From contig OX597837.1 in assembly GCA_951406725.2 (NCBI GenBank), positions 32,984,001-33,048,000 of the forward strand: a DNA stretch of 64,000 nucleotides, read 5' to 3'. The position numbers were made by a program, and so were the translations under genes. Origin of the DNA: Octopus vulgaris. Its lineage: Eukaryota. Below the pieces are notes generated by a model that worked only from the letters and a program-made list of their open reading frames with translations, did not search any database and was not told the origin of the DNA. Numbering within the stretch: the stretch's first letter is position 1; every line of letters begins with the position of its first letter. Positions 1 to 14,160 of the stretch are shown piece by piece.

Positions 1-1548
1 AGTTACGAACTGGGGTCGATATAATCGACTTAATACCTATGTCTGTCCTTGTTTGTCCCCTCTATGTTTAGCCCCTTATGGGTAATAAAGAAATAGGTAT
101 TTCGTCTGCGTTACGTTGAGTTCAAATTCCGCCGAGGTCCACTTTGCCTTTCATCCTTTCGGGGTCGATAAATTAAGTACCAGTTACGAACTGGGGGTCG
201 ATATAATCGACTTAATACCTATGTCTGTCCTTGTTTGTTCCCTCTGTGTTTAGCCCTTTGTGGGTAATAAAGAAATAGGTATTTCGTCTGCGTTACGTTG
301 AGTTCAAATTCCGCCGAGGTCCACTTTGCCTTTCATCATTTCGGGGTCAATAAATTAAGTACCAGTTACGCACTGGGATCGATGTAATCGACTTAATACC
401 TATGTCTGTCCTTGTTTGTACCCTCTATGTTTAGCCCCTTGTGGGTAATAAAGAAATAGGTATTTCGTCTGCGTTACGTTGAGTTCAAATTCCGCCGAGG
501 TCCACTTTGCCTTTCATCCTTTCGGGGTCAATAAATTAAGTACCAGTTACGCACTGGGATCGATGTAATCGACTTAATACCTATGTCTGTCCTTGTTTGT
601 TCCCTCTATGTTTAGCCCCTTGTGGGTAATAAAGAAATAGGTATTTCGTCTGCGTTACGTTGAGTTCAAATTCCGCCGAGGTCCACTTTGCCTTTCATCC
701 TTTCGGGGTCGATAAATTAAGTACCAGTTACGAACTGGGGGTCGATATAATCGACTTAATACCTATGTCTGTCCTTGTTTGTTCCCTCTGTGTTTAGCCC
801 CTTGTGGGTAATAAAGAAATAGGTATTTCGTCTGCGTTACGTTGAGTTCAAATTCCGCCGAGGTCCACTTTGCCTTCCATCATTTCGGGGTTGATAAATT
901 AAGTACCAGTTACGAACTGGGGGTCGATATAATCGACTTAATACCTATGTCTGTCCTTGTTTGTCCCCTTTATGTTTAGCCCCTTGTGGGTAATAAAGAA
1001 ATAGGTATTTCGTCTGCGTTACGTTGAGTTCAAATTCCGCCGAGGTCCACTTTGCCTTTCATCCTTTCGGGGTCGATAAATTAAGTACCAGTTACGCACT
1101 GGGATCGATGTAATCGACTTAATACCTATGTCTGTCCTTGTTTGTTCCCTCTGTGTTTAGCCCCTTGTGGGTAATAAAGAAATAGGTATTTCGTCTGCGT
1201 TACATTGAGTTCAAATTCCGCCGAGGTCCACTTTGCCTTCCATCATTTCGGGGTTGATAAATTAAGTACCAGTTACGAACTGGGGGTCGATATAATCGAC
1301 TTAATACCTATGTCTGTCCTTGTTTGTTCCCTCTGTGTTTAGCCCCTTGTGGGTAATAAAGAAATAGGTATTTCGTCTGCGTTACGTTGAGTTCAAATTC
1401 CGCCGAGGTCCACTTTGCCTTCCATCATTTCGGGGTTGATAAATTAAGTACCAGTTACGAACTGGGGGTCGATATAATCGACTTAATACCTATGTCTGTC
1501 CTTGTTTGTTCCCTCTGTGTTTAGCCCCTTGTGGGTAATAAAGAAATA
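1..1548 (+). repeat. Tandem array (~8.5 x ~181 bp) of a 5'-truncated tRNA-derived SINE (family B, Meta/MESC-like domain)
   Basis: Unit gtatttcgtctgcgttacgttgagttcaaattccgccgaggtccactttgcctttcatcctttcggggtcgataaattaagtacc...aataaagaaatag repeated head-to-tail. Matches the full monomer at 18614-18843. Confidence 0.9.
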
Positions 1549-1583
1549 GATAATTACAGTTTCTTTTTGTTTTTGTATTTCAG

Positions 1584-1831
1584 TGACAAAGAGTCGTCAG
1601 TGAGCAGACCAAGTATGTCAGCTGCTTTCAGCATGTCCAGTTCCGGCAGCATCGGCAGTGTGGTCAGCAGTAACGGGGGAGGGACAACAAGCAGCGTGGA
1701 GACTACTTCGGGAAGCGCCGTGATGGTGTGGATGATGGAACTACGGTTCTCTACGGAGATGGAATGTATGACTGTTCTACAGAGCAAGTCTATACGAAGA
1801 GGGAACGACCTGTCAGGACGGGCAGTGAAAA
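1584..1831 (+). CDS. insc: Inscuteable homologue, exon with LGN/Pins-binding motif (first exon in window)
   Basis: Acceptor ttttgtatttcag, donor AAA A|gtaagt (phase 1). Translates DKESSVSRPS...SAVMVWMMELRFSTEMECMTVLQSKSIRR, resembling vertebrate INSC SVQRWMEDLKLMTECECMCVLQAKPI (W and E-x-E motif), recalled from memory. Confidence 0.9.
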
Positions 1832-2005
1832 GTAAGTTGTTTGTTTGGATTTGTTTTATTGTTTTTTAAACTTGCCTCCCAACTGTGTGGTCTTGGGTTC
1901 AGTCCCATTGCACAGCACCTTGGGCAAGTAGTGTCTTCTACTATCGACCAAAGCTTTGTGATTTGATTTGGTAGATGGAAACTGAATGAAACCTGCTGTA
2001 AACAT

Positions 2006-2199
2006 GTTAAGTTAAGTTAAGTTAATTTATTGGCTCAAAAAGCAAAAAGCAAGGCCATGTAGGGGGACATGGAGTTATGTACAGGGAGGATGTTCATGCA
2101 AAGAGTTCAGGCCATTTCTGGTCAAGAGAGACTTTGAACCGAGCGGTCGTCGGCATCTTCACTATCTCGTCCGGCAGCTTATTCCACGGATCCGCAACA
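2006..2199 (-). mobile_element. CR1-type LINE 3' end fragment
   Basis: Minus strand encodes VADPWNKLPDEIVKMPTTARFKVSLDQKW* (WNxLP...FK..LD C-terminus), then a short UTR and (TTAAC)n tail. Confidence 0.8.
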
Positions 2200-2723
2200 T
2201 GTGTGTGTGTGTATGTGTGCGTGCATGTGTGTGTGTGTACCCTTGTCTTGGCATTATGTGGTGGTTGTAAATAAATACCATCATCATCACAAGTGGAGGT
2301 GCATGGTTTAGTGGTTAGGGTGTTGGATTCATGATTGTAAGATTGTGGTTTCAATTCCTGGATTGGGCAACGCAATGTGTTCTTGAGCAAAACACTTCAT
2401 TTCCCATTGCTCAAGTCCCCTTGGCTGGCAAAAGGGAGTATTCCTGCAATGCACTAGCATCCCATCCATGGGAGAGTATATACATTAGGGAATCCAAGAA
2501 ACTGGCCTTAGGAGTCTGCAAGACTCGGGAAGCAGCTTCATCCTTTTGTTTTTCCCCATCATCATACAAGCAATGTTTATTTTGAATCTTCTGTGAAAGG
2601 CATGACTGGCCAGGCAGGGAAATATTACCTTTCTGTGAAGCAGGTATGGGTTGGTGACAGGAAGAGCATCCAGCTGTAGAAAATTTGCTTCAACAAACTC
2701 CGTAAATAAAAGTAAACAATAAT

Positions 2724-2760
<37 letters not shown>

Positions 2761-2793
2761 AATGATCATCATCATCATCATTATCATCATTAC

Positions 2794-2841
<48 letters not shown>

Positions 2842-3465
2842 ATATTACTTAACCAGCCATGGTCCCTTTGTTCCCTTTCTTAGGGTTTGTCGGGCTACAG
2901 TATCATCCTTTTCAAAAGAGCAAGGTGTGAGGTTTGAGGAAGAACGTGATAGCTGTTTTCAATAACTTTTTCATTGACATGATTTATTGTGGTGATTGCT
3001 GTTATTTAGCCCCAGGCCAGTCCTGATCCAGCAGACCTACAATGCAAAAGATCCATCCATTTCCATCCATAGCCATACTCCCTGTTTGTTTATCTCAGGC
3101 TACATTGTCTAATATGTACTTGGTTTCTTTGTTCTTATTACGATGATAGGATATGGTCTCAGGGAGATTTGTCTGCTCTTTCTGGCAAATCAAGCAGTAT
3201 TATGGTCCTGTATACACCACTTATGAAAAGGAGACAACTTGGTCATAGCTGGATTGCCTCCTAACATGTGTTTTGATTAGCCAGTCCTTCACTGGTCACT
3301 ACTTTAACCTCTGGGTCTCTATGGCCACCTTGATAGTCCATGTTTTTAAGTCACTGGTCTGACACTATGGTCACTTGTATTGTCCAGCATCTTAACCCAC
3401 CATCAGTATGGTCAGTCAATTTGATTTACCAAAGAGTCCAATACTTTAGACCACTGGTCAGCACC

Positions 3466-3686
3466 TTAACTGTTTAGCCTTCAGATTTCTCTATCAAATG
3501 TAAGGTTTATTCGTGTTGTTTTGAATTGATCGTGCATTATCTCATAGCTTTGAGATTTTGATGATGTGACTGTTTTTTCTTAGAATGACATTGTAGGGTA
3601 GGTGTGACTGGCCAGATCTGGCCAGTTTGAACATAAAACAGGCAGGTTTAGGCCAGATATGCCTGGTTTATATGCAAAATGGTTAA
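3466..3686. mobile_element. TTAA-flanked piggyBac-type MITE (family P1)
   Basis: ttaa...ggttaa ends; homologous to copies at ~19215-19437, 50156-50381, 56443-56669 and 58209-58436. Confidence 0.7.
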
Positions 3687-4030
3687 ACCTTTTGTTGTCG
3701 TATTTCTGTGGAAATATTCTTCCTTTGTTTTGATTAATTTTCAAAATAATGAAGAATTTACCAAAATATCTTTGTAATAAGCTGATGTTTGGAACATAAA
3801 TTAATGACGATAGAAGGCTTTAATTTAGATCACTTCAGCTCTTTTGTTACCATATTCTGTTGAAATGTAAACTGACTTTGTTTCGATTTATTTTTAAAAT
3901 AATGAAGAATTTACCAAAATAACTTTGTATTAAGCTGACGTTTGAAACATAAATTGACATGGAGTCTTGATGAAAAGTTTTCATTTAAAACAGAAAACTT
4001 GTATCACAGAAGGTTGGCATTGAATGGGTT
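3683..4030. mobile_element. Second TTAA-type MITE (family P2), ~2 tandem units
   Basis: ttaaaccttttgtt...gaaaataatgaagaatttaccaaaat... present twice; same family is tandemly repeated at 56670-57330. Confidence 0.6.
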
Positions 4031-4608
4031 TGGCTAAACTGTAATTTAAAATTAAGTTATCCTAGAGATGCACATGTCCTGAAAATCTACTTCAAAAGAA
4101 TCCTTTAGGGTGAGATTTGAATCTCTAGGGTGGGATTTTTAAAGACCCTCTGGAGTGGAATGTGAAGGGGATTGTGTGGCTGGTTTTGTAGCTGCCCTTT
4201 TCAGGCAAGTTGGTTTCAAAAGGGTCAACGTAAACTGCAGCCTGGGACTCACTTATCCTGAAAATGCATGTCTCCTGATGCCCTACTCTTAAAAGATCCT
4301 CTGGAATTGGATTTAATGGCGATTTGGCTTCTATTTTTAGAATGTCATGCAACTGAGTAGGGGCCCCGCCATCTGCGACTCCAGATCCGGGGGGGGGTCT
4401 CTTCAGAATGATGTCCCCCCACCAAAACTCTCTACCTGCCTGTTGATTTTTTTTTTTTTTTTTTTTTTGCTGTCTCTGTTTTAAAACACACCTATATCTG
4501 TCAGCAGCTCAGGCACCATTTTATCTTGAGAATCCATAGAAGAAAACCGGGTGGTGGATGGGGATGGGGATGGGGGTGGGTGGGTGGTGAAGGTAATTAT
4601 ACGACAAG

Positions 4609-4644
<36 letters not shown>

Positions 4645-5162
4645 AATCTGATTAAGTTATCTTTTCATGTTATTTTCAGTCTACCCTTATCTCACCCTGA
4701 TTATGTCTCTGTAAATATTACTGCCGCCGCCTCCACCACCGCCACCACCACCACCACCGCCACCATTGCCACTGCCATCGTCACTGCCAAAATGGGTTGT
4801 TTATGACACACCACCCAACAGTAATTTCCAGTTAACTGCTGTTGTTGTTGTTGTTGCTGTTGCAGTTATTGTTGTCTTTGTCACTGCTGTTGTACTAGTA
4901 GTGAGGGTGGGGTGGGGGTGAAGTTGGTGGCAGCAGCAGTAGTGTTAGTCATAGTATTAGTAGTAGTAGTAGTAGTAGTAGTAGTAGCAGCAGCAGCAGC
5001 TGCTGCAACAGATTTTGGTTCCTTTCCCTCAGACCAGTTCTGAATTGAGTAGACCTATGACCAAAGGCATTACTGCCATGACCATCCCTTAGAAAAAAGA
5101 TATTTCAATGTATCTTGGACTACATTATCCCAAATGTCCTTCCTTTCTTAATAAAATTACAA

Positions 5163-5327
5163 GGCGCAGGAGTGGCTGTGTGGTAAGTAGCCTGTCTACC
5201 AACCACATGGTTCCGGATTCAGTCCCACTGCGTGGCACCTTGGGCAAGTGTCTTCTACTATAGCCTCGGGCCGACCAAAGCCTTGTGAGTGGATTTGGTA
5301 GACGGAAACTGAAAGAAGCCCGTCGTA

Positions 5328-5365
<38 letters not shown>

Positions 5366-5528
5366 CGTGTGTGTGTGTTTGTGTCCCCGTCACTTAGCGG
5401 TTCGGCAAAAGAGACCGATAGAATAAGTACTGGGCTTACAATAGAATAAGTTCCGGGGTCGAGTTGCTCGATTAAAGGCGGTGCTCCAGCATGGCCGCAG
5501 TCAAATGACTGAAACAAGTAAAAGAGTA
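5163..5528 (+). mobile_element. tRNA-derived CORE-like SINE (family A)
   Basis: ggcgcaggagtggctgtgtggtaag (A box), ggattcagtccc (B box), caccttgggcaagt core, internal (TA)n, 3' tail gaaacaagtaaaagag. Confidence 0.85.
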
Positions 5529-5651
5529 TACACACAATTTAAAGGAGATCCTGGCTACTATATCTAGCATGTAGACTGTCCACAAGGAGACCCTCTCGAG
5601 GCCATTTTTGAACTCCTTAAGTTAACTCTTGATCCACACACACACACTGAT

Positions 5652-6224
<573 letters not shown>

Positions 6225-6265
6225 TTTATATATATATATACACACACACACACACATATATATAT

Positions 6266-6667
6266 ACTCTTTTTCTCTTTTACTCTTTTACTTGTTTCAG
6301 TCATTTGACTGCGGCCATGCTGGAGCACCGCCTTTAATTGAGCAAATCGACCCCGGGACTTATCATTTTGTAAGCCTAGTACTTATTCTATCAGTCTCTT
6401 TTGCTGAACCGCTAAGTAACGGGGACATAAACACACCAGCATCGGTTGTCAAGCAATGCTAGGGGGACAAACACAGACACACAAACACACACGCGCATAT
6501 ATACATATATACGACGGGCTTCTTTCAGTTTCCATCTACCAAATCCACTCACAAGGCTTTGGTCGGCCCGAGGCTATAGTAGAAGACACTTGCCCAAGGT
6601 GCCACGCAGTGGGACTGAACCCGGAACCATGTGGTTGGTTAGCAAGCTACTTACCACACAGCCACTA
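6266..6667 (-). mobile_element. SINE family A copy (inverted relative to the two preceding copies)
   Basis: Reverse complement of family A. Confidence 0.85.
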
Positions 6668-8060
6668 CACATATATATAAATAGATAGATATATACATAC
6701 ATGCACACACACACACACACACACACCATCTACAAAATTCACTCAGAAGGCACTGGCCAGCTCGTGGCTATATTTGAAAGCCTTTGCGCAAAGTGCCATA
6801 TAGTGGGATTGAACCTAGGCCCACATTGTTGAAAAAGCAGGCTTCTTACCCTACAGCCACATCTGAATCTATGCCTGCTTTTTTTTTTTTTTTTTTTGCA
6901 AGGGGTGTGAGGAGTGATCTGAGGGACAATTTGTTGCTATTTCTAGAAAGGTTTAACAACCACATAGTGATTCCCTCCGTAGTTCCCCCTACCCTGCGCT
7001 CCCTCACCACCACCACCACCACCGTCACCCACACGTTCGTACGGATGTACGTTTTCACGCTCTCTTCATCCCAACTGCAGCATCTGTTGCTATGCACTCT
7101 GGTGATAAAGTGCAAGCTGGCGTATCTCTTGTTTTTAAACAAACGCATGCCTACAGAACCACACCACCACCTTCCCCCCACCACCTTCCCCCCCACACAC
7201 ACACACAAGCGCATATACGAACACACACATACACACGCATATATCCACATATACACATATGTATATACACACACATGTTCATAGATGTTTGATAGCTTAC
7301 ACAGCATTACATCCACTGCGCCCACTGCACAGCATGTGTAGTTACATGCTAGATACGGTTTATCAATGATATTCTATCTAGATGAGCTACTTAAACCCTC
7401 AAGAGGGCCATCACACCACCCTCATCAACCCCCGTCCGCATAACAGCATAGCATATGACTGAGGCCTCTATGAGGTTGCTCTGCCTGCTAGAAATAGCAA
7501 CCATGCTGCAAGTGTAGGTGCGACTGTGTGGTTAAGGAGCTCGTTTCCTTATCATACGCTCTTGGGTTCGGTCCCATTGTGTAGCATCTCAAGCAAGTGT
7601 CTTCTATAACCCTGGACCGACCAAAGCTTTGTGGGTGGATTTGGAACATGGAAATTGAAAGAAGCCAAGCCCACCATGTGCATGTGCACGCATGTGTGTG
7701 TACCCTTGTTTAGACAACGCATGATTGTTGTAAGCGAGCATCTCCATCATGAGCGAGCTGGTTCAGTTCCAGTCTTCTGTGAAAAACATGTCTGGCTACA
7801 TGTCGGAAGTAGGTGAGGAGGGTTAGTGACAGCAAGAGCATCCAACCATAGTAAAATCTGCCTCGACAAATCCTGTCAGAACCAAGCAAGCATAGATAAG
7901 AGGACATTAAAACGATGATGACGATCCCTTTTGATTCAAAGCCTACAGCGGCACTTCTTAAACCCTTTTTTTATAGCATCCCCACTTTTATGTAATTTTT
8001 ATGCCTGGCACCCTCATAAGAGGCAAGTGAGGTATCATGACTAAACTAGCTTAACATGGA

Positions 8061-8109
<49 letters not shown>

Positions 8110-8291
8110 CACATGTATGTGTGTGTGTGCGTATCCTTGTCTTGAGTCCACATGATGGTTGTAAATGAGTGTCACTGTCATAATAGCAATGTTGTTTGTT
8201 TCCAGTTTTCCATGGAAAAAACATATTTGGCCATGGGAAGTGTGTTACCTTGATTGGAAACGGGTCAGGGTTGGTGACAGGAAGGGTGCCT

Positions 8292-9700
8292 GAGTTGTAG
8301 ACTTTTTGAGATTAGTGTTGTGGAGGGAGTAAGTAGACGCTGGGTTTTTCCTCCCAAAATGCATGGTGGTACATTTGTCCACAGCCAGCTTGAGTTGCCA
8401 GTCCATGTCCCACTGCTGCATTGTGTCTAGGTCTGATTGCAATAAAGATCTATAGTGTACAGGATCTGACCTCTTTATTTCGAGGTACAGCTAGATGTCA
8501 TCTGCATATTTCAGCACTGTGGCATTCTTTAAGTTGGCATCTATGTCATTAACATATGCAACAAATAAAAGGGGACCAAGAACAGATCCCTGTGGTACAC
8601 CAGATGTCATCTCATAGGGTGAAGAGTGCTGTCCTAGAACTGTGACAACCTCTTTTCGGCCAATAATGAAGGACTTCAACCAGTTATAGAGATCATCTCT
8701 TACACCTATCGCAGAGAGTTTCACCATAAGTTTTTTGTGTGGAACAGAATTAAAAGCCTTAGTAAAGTCCAGGTAAACAACATCCACCCAGGATCCGCGA
8801 TCAGTGATTCAGGTAATGTCCTCAAGAAACTCAATGAGTTGATTACAGCAGCTGGAGTTAGGAATAAATCCAAATTGTGATGGCTGGATGAGGCTGTGAG
8901 ACTTCCAGAAGTTCCAGAGGGTTTCTCTGACACAGGATTCCATCAGTTTTGCGATGCAGCTAGTAAGACTAATGGGGCGATAGTTGACAGGTGATGTGCG
9001 GTCATCTTTTTTGAACAGAGGGATAACCCTGGCAGTTTTCCACTGCTCTGGAGTAACACCATTGTCAAGACAGAATTAAAAGAATAGTGAAAGTTGGTTT
9101 AGAAGAAAGTGCCCACCACATTTGAGAAGTAGGTATGTAACACCATCAAGACCAGGAAAGGCATAGTTACCTTTATTCTTAAGGTGGCATTGTAGCATTG
9201 CTGGTGTAAATTGCATAGTAGTTATAGAGTCCGGTGTCAGAGGTGATGGAGATGGAACATTTTGATCTTCGACAGTAAAGATGCCTGCATAGCATCCAGC
9301 AATGATTTCTGCACATTCTTTGGGATTGCCAGTAATTTGCCCTGTGTGGGTATTGCGAAGGGGACCAACTGGAGAGTGAGGTCCCTGCTTTGAATGTACA
9401 TACTTCCAGAACACTTTGCTGTCAGGGTTGGTTGCTATGCGCTGTTTGAATTCAAGCATTGCCTTTTTGGTCACCTGCTTGAGATGGTTGGCTGATCTAT
9501 TGCGCTTTTTCCTGTTGATCTCTGATTTGTGCATTTTGTATTTCTGTTCAGCATTATGGCGTTCTTTCCTGGCAAGTCGGACTGCTGCAGTCTCCAAAAT
9601 TGCACTATTGGGTGGTTTTTGTGCTTGCGTGGTACCGATGCTGCACATGCCACCCATATTGAATTCAGAATGTTCTGGAGTATAGAGTTCACATCTCCAG
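8292..9700 (-). pseudogene. Degenerate CR1/Jockey-group LINE ORF2 fragment (tether + reverse transcriptase)
   Basis: Minus strand gives KVFWKYVHSKQ, PGLDG, YRPISLTS, DVVYLDFTKAFNSVPH, SGVPQGSVLGPLLF and KYADD, with stops and frameshifts. Confidence 0.92.
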
Positions 9701-9702
9701 AG

Positions 9703-9771
<69 letters not shown>

Positions 9772-9772
<1 letters not shown>

Positions 9773-10090
9773 GAAGGTGCATGGCTCAGTGGTTAGAGCA
9801 TTGGGATCACAATCATGAGGTAGAGGGTTCGATTCCTGGACTGGGCAGTGTGTTGTGTTCTTGAGCAAGACACTTTATTTCACATTGCTCCAGTTCACTC
9901 AGCTGTGGAAATGAGTTGCGACGTCACAGGTGCCCAGCTGTATTGGCCCCTTTGCCTTTCCTTTGGATAACATCAGTGACATGGAGAGGGGAGGATGGGA
10001 TGCATGGGTGACTGCTGGTCTACCATGAACATCCTTGCCTGGACTTGTGCAATCCCTTGATCGTTCATGACTGAAGGGGTTCTTTAACTT
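9772..10090 (+). mobile_element. tRNA-derived SINE (family D)
   Basis: tggctcagtggttagagc A box, ggttcgattcc B box, ttcttgagcaagacacttt domain. Reverse copy at 20783-21131. Confidence 0.8.
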
Positions 10091-10200
10091 ACCTTACCTC
10101 TATATATGTATGTGTGTGTGTGTGTGTGTGAGTGTGTAGGTGCCTTTATATGTGAGTATGTATGAGTGTGTGCATGTGTGCGTATATATATATGTATATG

Positions 10201-10359
10201 CACTAGCATAGCTAGAGAGTGTGCCACCCAGGGCAGCCCTTCCGTTTGCTGCCCCCAGACCCCTAAAAAAAAAACACATATTGCCTACAGCAGACCCAAA
10301 AGTGGTTCCCCTTTAAAAGTGCCACCCAGGGTGGACTGCCCCCTCCAGCTACACTAATG
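10201..10359. mobile_element. Short decayed MITE
   Basis: Imperfect TIRs cactagcatagct / agctacactaatg and an internal direct repeat gtgccacccaggg. Confidence 0.4.
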
Positions 10360-10643
10360 TGTATATGTATGTGTGTGTTTGAGAGGGAGGGTGTGTGTGG
10401 GGGGGTGTATGGGTGTTGTCCACCTGATATAACAGTTTTTGTCTCTTGCATATGGACTTCAGTTGCTATGTTAATGGATTAGAAGATAAAGTAAGATTTG
10501 AGGAAGTTGTAGCTGCTGCTATTTCTAGCAGCCCTCAGTGTCCACACGGAGGCCCCTTGTTCGGTTCATATATTGTATGTGTTGTTGTGATTGCTGTTGT
10601 TTCAATTTGGGGGTTAATGTCAGAGTGTGTGTGTGTGTATTAG

Positions 10644-10721
<78 letters not shown>

Positions 10722-10994
10722 GTTGCTTATATTAACATCTGCCATCGTCACTCACATTTAATGTAGCGTGCATCAAAAATATAATGTGGAGGGGAGGGAG
10801 TTGAAACAACAACATTAACACATTATGACTAATAGTTTCCTCAAATAAGGGAGACAACCCATGACATGTTTCAGTCTTATTGCAGCAGGGGGTGGGGTCT
10901 TAACTTTTAGCAATTCCAGACTCTGCCGGCCCCCACCACTTACCAAAGCATTGCACACTTTGCCCACTGTGTTTCCTTCACCAGACTGTCGAAA

Positions 10995-11536
10995 TCATCA
11001 TCATCATCCTCATCATTGTCCTCGTCGTCATCGTCATCATTACCATCATCATCATCACAATTACTGCTGGCATCATCATCATCATCGTTATCATCATTTT
11101 CATCGTCATAATCATCATCATTGTCATTAACTTCGTCATCACCATCATCTTCATCATCATCATCAGTGCCAACATCATCACCATCAGCGCCAACATCATC
11201 ATCATTATCACCTCCACCACCCTCATCATCATCAGCTACCACCATCATCATCATCAGCATCATCATCATCACATTGCTGCTGGCATCATCATCATCATCG
11301 TTGTCATCATTTTCATCGTCATAATCATCATCATTGTCATTAACTTCATCATCACCATCATCTTCTCATCATCATCATCATCATCATCAGCACCAACATC
11401 ATCATCATTATCACCTCCACCACCATCATCATCATCAACTACCACCATCATCATCATCAGCATCATCATTGTCATCATCATCACCTTCACCATCACCATC
11501 CCCTTCACCATCACGATCATCATCATCACCACCACC
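10995..11536. repeat. (CAT)n-rich low-complexity tract with an internal ~210-bp duplication
   Basis: ctgctggcatcatcatc...ttgtcattaacttc block occurs twice. Confidence 0.85.
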
Positions 11537-12352
11537 CCTTTTAATGTTGTCAGTATGACTTCAAAAGACGTCAAGAGCTTCGTTTTATTTATGGCTAACC
11601 ACAAACTGAACCGGAAAGAGAATCACAAGGAATTTGTCCAATTTATTTTCTAGGGAAATGGTGTAAATAACACAAACAAATATAGAAGTTAAGTCGCAAA
11701 TGATTTTACAACATAATTTGGGCGCATCTGTTTCAAATTATAAATCAATACAATTTACTATTTTCTAGCTTTAGTTGGGGTAAAAAAAAAAGGAAATACA
11801 AAAAAAAGACAGATGTAAATAAACTAAAATGGACAACTCCATAATGTTTTGGTTACATAATAACATGGAGTGCTATTAATCTAGTGAGGGTTTTTGCAGC
11901 TATTTTCTCTGGAATCAAAACATGGAATCAGATTACCGTTTCTGATAAGGTTATGTGCATGTCATCCAAAACACAAAATTGGTTTCTCCGTTTTGATTTT
12001 GGGATTCAAAAATTGCAGAGAATGCTGTTTCGCAAACATATGTGTTTTTTTTACTCGCAGAACCGAGCTAGTGGGAGCTGTAATCTTTTCACGCCAACTT
12101 GCTTGACATCCAGCTGAGCTTTTCCAAAATTAACTTCTTTTTTTTGGGTCCTGTTCAAAGTCAATAACATCATCTTTTTCTGGTTCATTGCTGCTCAGAG
12201 AAGAAAGGATTCCTCATCACCATTTAACATCCATCTTCCCTGCTGGGGCATAGGTTGGAAAGCCTGATGGGAGCTGGTGAACTAGAGGAACACACCAAGC
12301 ACCTTTATCTGTATGGTTTCTATGGCTGGATGCCCTTCTCAATGCCAGTCGC

Positions 12353-12782
12353 TTTACTCTTTTACTCTTTTACTCTTTTACTTGTTTCAGTCATTTGACT
12401 GCGGCCATGCTGGAGCACCACCTTTTTAATCGAGCAACTCAACCCCGGGACTTATTCTTTTGTAAGCCCAGTACTTATTCTATTGGTCTCTTTTGCCGAA
12501 CTGCTAAGTAACGGGGACATAAACACACCAGCATCGGTTGTCAAGCAATGCTAGGGGGACAAACACAGACACACAAACACACACACACACACACACACAT
12601 ACATATATATACATATATACGACGGGCTTCTTTCAGTTTCCGTCTACCAAATCCACTCACAAGGCTTTGGTCGGCCCGACGCTATAGTAGAAGACACTTG
12701 CCCAAGGTGCCACGCAGTGGGACTGAACCCGGAATCATGTGGTTGGTAAACAAGCTACTTACCACACAGCCACTCCTGCGCC
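12353..12782 (-). mobile_element. SINE family A copy
   Basis: Full-length reverse copy. Confidence 0.85.
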
Positions 12783-12830
12783 TATATATATATATCTTAT
12801 ATATATATATCTTACCAGTCACTTTATTTA

Positions 12831-13726
12831 CGAGGTGGTATGAAAAAGTTCTTGGACTAGTTCTGCAGTACACCAATAGATGGCAGCACATGGTTGCTTA
12901 TGCAGTGAGAGCTAGCAGTGACCTTCATGAGGCAGTGTACTGAGTGACATTGCAGTGTTTACTTCACAAGTTGTGAAATTTGTGTTTTTGTGAAATTTGT
13001 TTTTGTAGTCTATGGCTTTTGTTGTGGACAGGAATTTGGAACAAAGAGCCAACGTGAAATTTTGTGTTAAACTTTGGAAGTCTGCTACAGAGATATTAAG
13101 CATGCTTCGGCAAGCTTATAGCAACGAGGCAATGGGCCGTATGCAATGTTTCGAGAGGCACGGGTACATGACAAAGCCACAACTCAATCAACAGCATATT
13201 CATTGTTTTTTTCTACAGTGTTGTGCATCAAGAATTCATCCCCCCCCCAGGGCCAGACTGTCCATTGAGAGTTCTTCTGTGATATTTTGAAGCATTTGAG
13301 GTAGGATATTCAGCAAAAGCAACCGGATCTGTGGAGCATGAAGAGTTTGGTTCTTTGTGATAACAATGCACCCTGTCACCAACCCCTCCTCAATCGTGAG
13401 TTTCTCACCAAAAACGTGTTGCTGCTTCTGCACCCACCCTATTTGCTAGGTTTAGCAACTGTGGCCCTCCTTCTCTACCCCAAGATAAAAATGCAGCTCA
13501 AAGGTTGCTGTTTTAATAGGGCTGTTGAGATCCAGACTGAATCGCAGCAGGTCTTCGACTCACTTACGGAAAATGACTTCCAGCCAGACCAGCTTCCAAA
13601 AGTAGAAGGAACACTGGGACCAGTGTGCTGTTGCACAAGGGGGCTATTTCCAAAGAGTTGATGCTAAGGTGAATAAGTTATATTTTATTAAATATAACTA
13701 CTCTGGGAAATTTTTGTACCACCTCG
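12831..13726 (+). mobile_element. Internally deleted mariner transposon relic
   Basis: TA-flanked TIRs cgaggtggtatgaaaaagttc / gaaatttttgtaccacctcg. Remnants EQRANVKFCVKL.KSATE (HTH), DNNAPCH and HPPY...LYPKIKMQLKG. Confidence 0.88.
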
Positions 13727-13767
13727 TATGTTGTATATATACACACGCACACACACATATATATATA

Positions 13768-14160
13768 TTTCTTTATTGCCCACAAGGGGCTAAACATAGA
13801 GGGGACAAAGTAGGACAGACAAAGGGATTAAGTCGATTACATCGACCTCAGTGCGAAACTGGTACTTTATTTATCGACCCCGAAAGGATGAAAGGTAAAG
13901 TCGACCTCGGCGGAATTTGAACTCAGAACGTAACGACAGACGAAATACCTATTTCTTTACTACCCACAAGGGGCTAAACACAGAGAGGACAAACAAGGAC
14001 AGACAAACGCATTAAGTCGATTATATCGACCCCAGTGCGTAACTGGTACTTATTTAATCAACCCCAAAAGGATGAAAGGCAAAGTCGACCTCGGCAGAAT
14101 TTGAACTCACAACGTAACGGCAGACGAAATACCACCAAGCATTTCGCCCGGTGCGCTAAC
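13768..14160 (-). mobile_element. SINE family B head-to-tail dimer
   Basis: Two units joined by gacgaaatacctatttcttt, the reverse complement of the array junction. Confidence 0.85.

Noticed and set aside
4125-4352. 75-aa minus-strand ORF in unique sequence
   Set aside because: No recognisable motif or splice context; cannot be supported without a database search.
12870-12890. CTCF-like motif ccaatagatggcagca
   Set aside because: Lies in the mariner subterminal region; no evidence of function from sequence alone.
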